From the NCBI RefSeq assembly GCF_006345805.1, contig NC_043019.1, positions 18,413,360 through 18,477,359 on the forward strand: a stretch of DNA of 64,000 bases, given 5' to 3'. A program made the translations under genes and the position numbers. Source of the DNA: Octopus sinensis. Its lineage: Eukaryota. Positions 12,834 through 25,330 of this stretch are shown here, one piece after another (the first letter of the stretch is position 1; every line of letters starts with the position of its first letter). The notes beneath the pieces are model-generated. The model searched no databases. It had not been told where the DNA came from and was given only the letters and a program-made list of their open reading frames with translations.

Positions 12834-13072
12834 CTAGTGGCAACAGCTGATGTACTTGCGCGTACAAATGCACGTTCCCACGGCTTTATCGATCACATTC
12901 TCACCTGGAATTGATTTTTGTAATTTTTTCAAGACTTATACACGCCCTGATACCGTCAGTATCTACATATCAAATTTGAGCGCAATCGGATGGAAGATGC
13001 TTGAGATCCTAGAAGACGCACACACAGACAGACAGAATGGATTTTATATAATAGATATAGATATGCGTGCAT
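12834..13072 (-). mobile_element. Non-autonomous Helitron-like element
   Basis: Minus strand starts aTCTATATCTATTATATAAAA with a (CTGT)n tract and ends with hairpin TGTAC-gcgcaa-GTACA about 13 nt before CTAG. Confidence 0.45.
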
Positions 13073-14532
13073 GTGTGTGTGTCACCTATGCAATAAAATG
13101 TAAAGGTTTGTATTTTATTTTAGGTGAAAATTTATTTTTTCTTGTACACTACTGAAAAATAGAAATAGTAGTTTGTTGTAAATCATTTAAAATTTAGTGA
13201 ATACAACTCCTTCTACCACTTGAAATTACTAGTTTTGAGGTGGCTAAACTGTTGCATTACACCTTCATTTAGTAAAACTGTCAATACTATTGTAAGGTAA
13301 ATCTATTATTTCCAAAGTAAATATTTATTGATAAACAGAAAAATGTGAAAAAAACTAAAAATAGAAGTTATGAAAATATTCCTTATTGTGAATAAAAATA
13401 ATTCACCGTGACTTGTCATTCACCACTTTATGTTTGGCAGAGGCAAGTTATTGAGCTGTGAAGTTGTAAACAAAATTATTATTAAAAAATGTCTGCCACA
13501 TCTAGTGGTACTTTATTTCACTGATCCCCGCTCTACCCCAGAGAAAGGACGAGAGATGAAGTTGATCTGGGATGGATTTGAGTGTGAAGAGCTCAAAGAA
13601 ATGCTGCAAAACATTTTCCCCACACTCAAACAATTCTGCCACAAATATTACCAACCTATTTATTCAATATTACACACATATTTACATATGTGAAAGCTTT
13701 CGTATGGTTACTCAAACAGCTAGAAATACCAGTCAAATCTCATTCAATCACCCATAAAGACACAATTATACAGAGCTAGCAGAATATGAAATAGGATATT
13801 TTAAAAAGAAACATTTTGTTTTTGTTAAACAGCATAAAAAGATTACTTAACAATTGCTGAGAAAACAAACAAAATATCAAAAGTTTATCCTATTAAAAGG
13901 CAGGTTAAGTTCACATCTATTTTTTTCTGAAAATGGAGATAAGTTAACTTCTTAATTCATTCAAAGACTCATTTCATTTAAACTGAATATATTTTATATT
14001 AAAAAGGTAGCATTTCAAATGGGCAGGCAATTTCACACTGAAAATGTGGCCATCTGGCTGTCGGGTATTGAACTAGTACACATACATAAAGAAGTGAAGG
14101 TTGAGGATAGAATGTCAATGGGTGGAGCTTTTGGAATGGCTGTCAAACCTCAAAGGGTAGGAAAAGGGAGGGGTAGGGGCAAATACGTAAAAAAAACAAA
14201 CATAATAAATAAGTTTTTTTTTCATAATTATAATTTTCATTGTATAAATCACAAGAATACTATAATATATATTCTTTAAAAAATGGAGTATGGAAAACCC
14301 ACTCAGTTATTTGCTTATGAGTTAATGATAGGTATTCCAAAACACCACATGTTGGTATCCATAGTCTGCTCAGTCAAGGGTGACCTGGGCAAAACAAAAC
14401 CAGTTTACCTGACTAAAAGGTATCATGTAATTAAATACTTGCCAAACTCTTGTTTATGGGACTTTCCCATAGAGATCTAACATTAGGCAAGTTTAAATGT
14501 GTAGCAGATTTTTTCTTAAAGAAGACTGAATA

Positions 14533-15536
14533 TCTTTATATATAAAACTCTAGTTGTGTGAGTGTCTGTCCCCTTCGATTTAGATTCCTAACTCCTCCCA
14601 CATTTTGCGGTGCAGTTTAACCAAATTCGGGTATCTTATAGTCGTGATTCATATCGAGCCCGTCTGACTATTAGCGCGCGTCAACGATGAGTCTACGATT
14701 TTAAAAATAATTTAACATCATTTTTTATTCCATTTTAATGCATAAAATGCATCGTATGTCGATGGCGGCGGAGTTGGCGTCCACGCTCACAGCTGCACCT
14801 GTTTGCTTCTCCCCCTTCCCTCCCTCGTGAAGCTGTGGGGAAGGGAGTGTAAAGAAATCAACGTTGTAATGCGTTGTGAAGGAAACCAGCGTTCTTTTAG
14901 AACAACGACTTCATGGCTTGAAGACACCAAAACAAAAATGGCTAAGAAAGCCCGAATTTATAAGGGAAGTAACTCTCCAAAAATGCTTATATAGTTATTT
15001 CCCTTACAAACCCGAGCAACGCCGGGCGATACTGCTAGTCTATATATATAAAACTGTAGTTGTGTGATTTAGATTCCTAACTACTCCCACATTTTGCGGT
15101 GCAGTTCAACCAAATTCGGATATCTTATAGTCGTGATTCATATCGAGCCCGTCTGGGTATTAGCGCGCGTCTACGATGAGTCTACGATTTTAAAAATAAT
15201 TTAACATAATTTTTCATTCCATTTTAATGCATAAAATGCATCGTGTGTCGATGGCGGTGGAGTTGGCGTCCACGCTCACAGCTGCACCTGTTTGCTTCTC
15301 CCCCTTCTTCCCTCCCTCGTGAAGCTGTGGGGAAGGGAGTGTAAGGAAATCAACGTCGTAAAGCGTTGTCAAGGAGACCAGCGTTCTTTTAGAACAACGA
15401 CTTCATGGCTTGAAGACACCAAAACAGAAATGGCTAAGAAAGCCCGAATTGGCATCTATAAGGGAAGTAACTCTCTAAAAATGCTTATATAGTTATTTCC
15501 CTTACAAACCCGAGCAACGCCAGGCGATACTGCTAA
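14533..15536 (+). mobile_element. Head-to-tail dimer of a ~500-bp non-autonomous Helitron (14533-15038, 15039-15536)
   Basis: A|TC start, CCCG-agcaacgc-CGGG hairpin, CTAG end. The second unit starts TC directly after CTAG and ends CTAA|T. Confidence 0.85.
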
Positions 15537-16512
15537 TTAACTATAATAAAAGGTAACATTTTTCACGCTCCAGTCAGATTGGTAAACAGAAAGTAAAATA
15601 ACAAATGGAGTGCGAGTGAGTGACAGCCAGAGATGCTAAATGCAGGTGAACTGTGGTGAGAGGTTTTACTCTGCAGTAGCTGGTATTTTAATCAAAATTA
15701 AACTGCAAAGTTTATCAATTTCAAGTACATCTATGTGTGTGTGTGTGTGTAATTAAATATTGAACTCTTTTTTTTTCAAAATATTATTCATATAATATTT
15801 ATAAATTCTCTCTATATACTTTTGTTTTTAAAAATTTTTTGGTGTTAGTTGTTTTTCCATGATTGCGCTTCCTGAAACAAACCCTTATTTCTTTTTCCAA
15901 GTAAAGGTTAACAAAATTTACACATCTTCCAAACAGAAAATTGCTGATATGAAGTTGTCAACATCAATTCCAGCATTCTTTCTCACAAATGTAAGCATGT
16001 ATGTGCACACATGCACATGGATGGGCACCTTGGGCAAGTGTCTCTGGCCAATTAAAAGCCTTGTGAGAAAATTTGGTATGCAGAAACTGAAAGAAGTCCA
16101 TTATACACACATGATCCAAATCGGATGTGCAATCTATGTGGATGTATTTTCAAAACTTTCTCTGATTTAAAAAGCCACATCAGATGCTATGATGGTTCTA
16201 AGGTGTAGGAAAAGGGAGGTGGTCAAACTCTGCAGAAGGACCACCACACACACACACATTGCATAATAGTTGTAACCAAGTATCCCTGTCAAGCAAGTGG
16301 TGTCTTTTTTTTGTCTCCAATCTACTATGAAAGCATATCTGGCCATGACGAAATATTACCTTCCCTGGGAAATGGTGGAGGCTGGAAAGAAGGGCATCCA
16401 ACTGTAAAAAATCTGGCTGATTCATGCAAGCATAGAAAAGTGGAGGCTTCATATATACATATACACATATATATACATATACACATATATATACATATAC
16501 ACATATATATAC

Positions 16513-16543
<31 letters not shown>

Positions 16544-16703
16544 CATACATATATATAAATAGGTGAATGAATTATCCTATGTTTATTGTCAGCATGGAAA
16601 ATTCATTTAACCGAAACCTGGGTAGCAATTCACGTCAGAAACACGGTTGAAGCAACCTGTCCAAGGGTAGAAACTCCGGGTTCATGTGCAGAAATTTGTG
16701 TGC

Positions 16704-16973
16704 TGTATATGAATAAATGAAAGAATGGAGTCGAACGAAGATGTTAACAAAATTCCTTTACTCTCGACATATGTTTCGAAGACAACATGTTTTCATTCCT
16801 AAGGAATAAAGGGTGCATTATGTAATCTTCTCATCAGGAAAGAAAGGGAGCCTCTCTCGACAACAAGACAAACAAAAATTTCGATGAATGCCTACATGGT
16901 AAAAAAGCGATAATGAGGAAGGAATTTTGTTAACATCTTCGTTCGACTCCATTCTTTCATTTATTCATATACA
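16704..16973 (-). mobile_element. Penelope-like element terminal remnant: perfect 55-bp inverted repeats enclosing a hammerhead
   Basis: 16704-16758 is the exact reverse complement of 16919-16973. Confidence 0.7.
16761..16842 (-). ncRNA. Hammerhead ribozyme (type I, Penelope-type minimal stem III)
   Basis: Minus strand reads CUUUC-CUGAUGA-GAAGA...UCUUC-GAAA-C(AUAU)G-UC-GAGAG. Intact core, 5-bp stem I, extended stem II, palindromic stem III loop, GUC cleavage triplet at 16768-16766. Confidence 0.8.
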
Positions 16974-17180
16974 TATATATATACGTACATATATATATAT
17001 ATACATACATACATATATATATACATACATACATATATATACACATACATACATATATATACACATACATACATATATACATACATATATACATATACAT
17101 ACATATATACATATACATACATATATACATATACATACATATATACATATACATACATATATACATATACATATATATAC

Positions 17181-17221
<41 letters not shown>

Positions 17222-17237
17222 CATATATATATACATA

Positions 17238-17273
<36 letters not shown>

Positions 17274-17506
17274 CATATACATATATATATATACATATAT
17301 ATATATACATATATACATATATACATATATACATATATACATATATATATATATACATATATATATATACATATATATATATACATATATATATATACAT
17401 ATATATATATACATATATATACATATATATATACATATATATATATACATATATATATATACATATATATATATACATATATATATATAATACATATATA
17501 TATATC

Positions 17507-17537
<31 letters not shown>

Positions 17538-18066
17538 CTATATATATATACACTATATATATATACAATATAATATATACATATATATATACATATATAT
17601 ATATACATATATATATATACATATATACATATATATATATACATATATATATATACAATATATATACACATATATATATATATATATACATATATATATA
17701 CATATATATATATACATATATATATATACATATATATACATATATATATACATATATATATATACATATATATATATACATATATATATATACATATATA
17801 TATATACATATATACATACATATATATATACATATATATATACATATATATATACATATATATATATACATATATAATATACATATATATATATACATAT
17901 ATACATACATATATACATACATATATACATACATATATACATACATATAAATATACATACATATATATACTATATATAATATACATATATATATATACAT
18001 ATATATATATACATATATATATATACATATATATATATACATATATATATATACATATATATATAC

Positions 18067-18121
<55 letters not shown>

Positions 18122-18351
18122 CATATATATATACACATATATATACATACATATATATATATACATATATATACATACATATATATATATACATATATAT
18201 ATATACATATTATATATACATATATATATATACATATATATATATACATATATATATATACATATATATATATACATATATATATATACATATATATATA
18301 TACATATATATACATATATATATACATATATATATACATATATATATATAC

Positions 18352-18386
<35 letters not shown>

Positions 18387-18811
18387 CACATATATATACA
18401 CATATATATACACATATATATATACATATATATATATACACATATATATATATACACATATATATATATACACATATATATATATATACACATAATATAT
18501 ATACACATATATATATATACACATATATATATATACACATATATATATATACACATATATATATACACATATATATATACACATATATATATATACACAT
18601 ATATATATACACACATATATATACACACATATATATACATATATATAATATATACATATATATATATACATATATATATATACATATATATATATACATA
18701 TATATATATACATATATATATATATACATATATATACATATATATATATACATATATATATATATATTATATATATATACATACATACATATATATACAC
18801 ATATATATACA

Positions 18812-18843
<32 letters not shown>

Positions 18844-19163
18844 CATATATATATATACATATATATATATACATATATATATACATATATATATATACAT
18901 ATATATATACATATATATATAACATATATATACATATATATATATACATACATATATATATACATATATATATATATACATACATATATATATATACATA
19001 TATACATAATATATATACATATATATATATACATATATATATATACTATATATATATACATATATATATATATTACATATATATATATACATATATATAC
19101 ATACATATATATATATACATATATATATACATACATATATATATACATATATATATATACATA

Positions 19164-19204
<41 letters not shown>

Positions 19205-19279
19205 ATACATATATACATACATATATATATATATACATATATACATACATATATATATATATACATATATATATATACA

Positions 19280-19320
<41 letters not shown>

Positions 19321-19322
19321 AC

Positions 19323-19353
<31 letters not shown>

Positions 19354-19375
19354 CATATATATATAATACATATAT

Positions 19376-19407
<32 letters not shown>

Positions 19408-19463
19408 ATATACATATATATATACATATATATATACATATAAATTATACATATATATATACA

Positions 19464-19499
<36 letters not shown>

Positions 19500-19561
19500 C
19501 ATACATATATATATACATACATATATACATACATATATATATACATACATATATACATACA

Positions 19562-19597
<36 letters not shown>

Positions 19598-20199
19598 CAT
19601 ACATATATATATACATACATATATACATACATATATATATACATACATATATACATACATATATATATATACATACATATATACATACATATATATATAT
19701 ACATACATATATACATACATATATATACATATATATACATATATATATACATATATATACATATATATATACATATACATATAAATATACATACATATAT
19801 ATATATATACATATATATACATATATATATACATATACATATAAATATACATACATATATATATACATATATATACATATATATACATATATATACATAT
19901 ATATATATACACATATATATATACACATATATATATATACATATATATATATACATATATATATATACATATATATATATACATATATATATATACAACA
20001 TATATATATATACATATATATATATACATATATATATACATATATATATATATACATATATATATACATATATATATATATACATATATATATATACATA
20101 TATACATATATACATATATACATATATATATATACATATATACATATATATATATACATATATACATATATATATACATATATACATATATATATATAC

Positions 20200-20230
<31 letters not shown>

Positions 20231-20247
20231 CATATATACATATATAC

Positions 20248-20284
<37 letters not shown>

Positions 20285-20296
20285 CCATATATATAT

Positions 20297-20389
<93 letters not shown>

Positions 20390-20446
20390 CATATATATAT
20401 ACATATATATATATACATATATATACATACATATATATATACATAC

Positions 20447-20477
<31 letters not shown>

Positions 20478-20478
20478 C

Positions 20479-20523
<45 letters not shown>

Positions 20524-20561
20524 CATATATATATATACATACATATATATATATATACATA

Positions 20562-20595
<34 letters not shown>

Positions 20596-21867
20596 AATAT
20601 ACATATATATATACATACATATATACATACATACATATATACATACATATATACATACATATATATATACATACATATATACATACATATATATATACAT
20701 ACATATATACATACATATATACATACATATATACATACATATATACATACATATATATATACATATATATATATACATATACATATACATACATATATAT
20801 ATACATATACATATATATACATATACATATATATACATATACATATATATACATATACATATACATATATATACATATACATATATATACATATACATAT
20901 ACATATATATACATATACATATATATACATATACATACATATATATATATACACATACATATATATATACATACATATATATATACATACATATATATAC
21001 ATATATATATACATATATATATATACATACATATATATATACATATATATATATACATACATATATATATACATACATATATATATACATACATATATAT
21101 ATACATACATATATATATACATACATATATATATACATACATATATATATACATATATATATACATACATATATATATACATATATATATACATATATAT
21201 ATATACATATATATATACATACATATATATATACATACATATATATATACATATACATATATACATACATATATACATATATATACATATACATATATAT
21301 ATACATATACTATATATATACATACATATATACATATATATATACATATACATATATATACATACACATATACATATATATACATATACATACATATATA
21401 TATATACACATACATATATATATACATACATATATATATACATACATATATATATACATATATATACATATATATATATACATACATATATATATACATA
21501 TATATATATACATACATATATATATACATACATATATATATACATACATATATATATACATACATATATATATACATACATATATATATACATATATATA
21601 TACATACATATATATATACATATATATATATACATACATATATATATACATATATATATACATACATATATATATACATATATATATACATACATATATA
21701 TATACATACATATATATATACATACATATATACATACATATATACATATATATATACATATACATATATATATACATATACATATATATATACATACATA
21801 TATACATATATATATACATATACATATATATATACATACACATATACATATATATATATATATACAT
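16974..21867. repeat. ~4.9-kb compound (TA)n/(TACA)n microsatellite array
   Basis: Almost exclusively A/T/C on the + strand; the source of the poly-Y/I/M/C/V ORFs. Confidence 0.97.
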
Positions 21868-22790
21868 ATTGCGCATCTGCAACAGGAGTTGGACACAATA
21901 TACAGGTGGGCTGAGGACAACAACATGCAGTTTAATGCGCTACTGGCACACAAAGGTAAACGACATACAGACTGGATACACTGGCCCAGGAAGAATTGCA
22001 ATCCCTGAGTCAAAATCAGTGCGTGACCTGGGAATTGACATGAGCAATGATGCATCTTTCCAAGTGCATATTGCTAATCTGAAAAAATGCAGACAACTAG
22101 CTGGATGGATTCTCCGAACTTTCAGAACAAGAGAGAAGGAGACACTGATGGTCCTGTGGAAAACTTTCGTCCTCAGCCGCTTGGACTACCGCTCCCAACT
22201 ATGGTCACCACACAATATAAAACTAACAGCAGAACTCGAAGCAATTCAAAGAAGCTACACAAAGATCGTCTCAATGCAACATATCAGCTACTGAGAAAGA
22301 CTGAAAGTATTAAAACTCTTCTCCCTAGAGTGAAGGCGGGAGAGATATGCGGTGATATACATCTGGAAAATCCTGCAGGGTCTTGTCCCAAACTTTGGCA
22401 TTCAAAGTTACCCCAACCGCAGAACGGGGTTCCACTGCATGGTGCCGAAGATTCCAACATCACCATCAAAATACAGGACCAGATACTGCAACAGTTTGGG
22501 TTTCAGAGGGCCACAGCTCTTCAACATCCTCCCTAAATGCCTGAGAGACTTGCATGGTGTGGATGTGGGTTTCTTTAAAACTAAACTGGATCTCTTCTTG
22601 TCAGGGGTCCCAGATGAACCTACCTCTCAGCAGGAGACACACATGCGGGCAGCGGCATCGAACTCCCTTGTCGACCAAGTGTCACGTATCAGAGGTGGAT
22701 TCACATACTAGTGTAGCTCATTTAGCGGTGGTGACCCAGCATGGCCGCAGCCTTCGGGCTGAAACATTTTTAAGGATTTAAGGATTTTAT
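21868..22790 (+). mobile_element. CR1-type LINE 3' fragment (RT C-terminus and tail), frameshifted
   Basis: [11 protein letters not shown]...[40 protein letters not shown]...FFKTKLDLFL; ends in (ttaagga) repeats. Confidence 0.85.
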
Positions 22791-22800
22791 ACATATATAT

Positions 22801-24821
22801 ATCATCATCATCATCATCATCATCATTTAGCGTCCGTTTTCCATGCTAGCATGGGTTGGATGGTTCAACTGGGGTCTGGGGAGCCCGAAGGCTGCACCAG
22901 GCCAGTCAGATCTGGCAGTGTTTCTACAGCTGGATGCCCTTCCTAACGCCAACCACTCCGAGAGTGTAGTGGGTGATTTTATGTGCCACCGACACAGGTG
23001 CCAGACGAGGCTGGCGAACGGCCACGCTCGGATGGTGTTTTTATGTGCCACCGACACAGGTGCCAGACGAGGCTGGCAGACGGCCACGCTCGGATGGTGT
23101 TTTTATGTGCCACCGACACAGGTGCCAGATGAGGCTGGCGGACGGCCACGATCGGATGGTGTTTGTTACGTCCCCAAAGCACGGAGGCCAGTCTATGCGT
23201 ACTGGCTACGGCCACGTTCGGATGATTTTCTTGTGTGCCACCGGCACTGGTACCACAAAGATACAAATTCCATTTATGTTCATCTATTTTGATTTGTTTT
23301 GATTTGATTTGATTTGATTTGATTTTCACTTGCCTCAACAGGTCTTCACAAGTGTCACAAGAAGGAAGGTATGCATAGGTGGACTGTCTACGTCGCCGGG
23401 TCTTCGGATGGTGTCTTTATGTGCCACCGACACAGGTGCCAGATGTGGCTGGCGAACGGCCACGATCGGATGGTTTTCTTGTGTGCCACCGGTACTGGAA
23501 CCACAAAGATACAAATTCCATTGATGTTCATCTATTTTGATTTGGTTTGATTTCACTTGCCTCAACAGGTCTTCACAAGTGTCACGCGTGTCACACACTT
23601 GCCTCAACAGGTCTCCACAAGTGTCACACACTTGCCTCTGCCTCAACAGGTCTTCACAAAGTGTCACACACACTTGCCTCTGCCTCAACAGGTCTTCACA
23701 AGTGTCATAAGAGGGAAGGTAAGCACAGGTGGACTGACTACGTCGCCGGGTCTTTGGATGGTGGTGTGTGTTTTTATGTGCCACCGACACAGGTGCCAGG
23801 TGAGGCTGGCGAACGGCCACGATCAGATGGTGTTTGTTGTGCCCACAGCACGGAGGCCAGTCGACGGCCACGTTCGGATGGTTTTCTTGTGTGCCACCGG
23901 TACTGGAACCACAAAGATACAAATTCCATTGATATTCATCTATTTTGATTTGGTTTGATTTTCACTTGCCTCAACAGGTCTTCACAAGGGTCACACACTT
24001 GCCTCAACAGGTCTCCACAAGTGTCACACACTTGCCTCTGCCTCAACAGGTCTTCACAAGTGTCACACACTTGCCTCAACAGGTCTTCACAAGTGTCATA
24101 AGAGGGAAGGTATGCACAGGTGGACTGACTACGTCGCCGGGTCTTCGGATGGTGTCTTTATGTGCCAGATGAGGCTGGCGAACGGCCACGATCGGATGGT
24201 GTGTGTTGTGCCCACAGCACGGAGGCCAGTCGATGCGGTACTGGTTACGGCCACGTTTGGGTGGTTTTCTTGTGTGCCACCGGCACTGGTACCACAAAGA
24301 ATACAATTCCACTGATGTTCATCTATTTTGATTTGTTTTGATTTGATTTGATTTTCACTTGCCTCAACAGGTCTTCATAAGTGTCACAAGAAGGAAGGTA
24401 TGCACAGGACTGACTACGTCCCCGGTCGGGGCCACGGGTTATGGCCTGACTAGTCTTGCCGGGTCTTCTCATGCACAGCATACTTCCATAGGTCTCGGTC
24501 TCTAGACATTTCCTTAGTGAGACCTAAAGTTCGAAGGTCGTGCTTCACCACCTCGTCCCAGGTTTTCCTGGGTCTACCTCTTCCACAGGTTCCCTCCACT
24601 GCTAGGGTGTAGCACTTTTGCACACAACTATCTTCAGCCTTTCTTGTCACATGACCATACCAGCGCAGCCGTCTCTCTTGCACGCCACAACTGACGCTTC
24701 TTAGGTTCAACTTTTCTCTCAAGGAACTTACACTCTGACGATTATGAACACTGACATTACACATCCATCGGAGCATACTGGCTTCATTTCTTGCGAGCTT
24801 ACGCATATCCTCAGCAGTCAC
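22801..24821 (-). mobile_element. RTE-clade LINE copy A (3' end with expanded UTR)
   Basis: VTAEDMRKLARNEASMLRWMCN...GRGRPRKTW; (CAT)n tail at 22801; (TA)n on both sides. Confidence 0.9.
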
Positions 24822-24896
24822 ATATATATATACATATATATATATATATACATACATATATATATATATATACATACATACATACATATATACATA

Positions 24897-25312
24897 CAAT
24901 AGCAACATATGGATGCGAGACCTGGACACTAAAGAAAGCTGACCAGAAGAGAATTAATGCATTCGAGCTTTGGTGTTGGAGAAGACTTTTACGGATTCCA
25001 TGGACAGCGAGGCTCACCAATGGAGAAGTTCTTAAGCAGATCAGGCCAAAAATGTCGCTAGAAGCTAGGATCACTAAGCATAGATTGGCATATTTCGGTC
25101 ATATGCGGAGAAAATCCCTGGAGAAGGACATCATGCTCGGAATGGTCAGTGGCAAGAGAGGAAGAGGCCGACCAAGAACCCGCTGGCTTGACACCATCAA
25201 GAGTGATACCGGAATGGACATAGCCAATCTGAAAGAAGCGGCCCAGAATAGAACTGACTGGAGGACACTGATCCAATGAGTGACCGAGAGTCGACTTCGA
25301 CTGAGCGGTTAG
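24897..25312 (+). mobile_element. BovB-type RTE LINE 3' fragment
   Basis: YGCETWTLKKADQKRINAFELWCWRRLLRIPWTAR...SLEKDIMLG...RGRPRTRWLD; the frame continues through a TGA to VTESRLRLSG. Confidence 0.85.
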
Positions 25313-25330
25313 ATATATATATATATATAT

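Noticed and set aside
16927-22055. Very long ORFs (up to 1281 aa) rich in Y/I/M/C/V
   Set aside because: Translation artefacts of the TA/TACA array.
22827-24315. Repetitive MCHRHRCQ / VPPTQVPD ORFs (also 30521-31423)
   Set aside because: Translations of RTE 3' UTR minisatellites.
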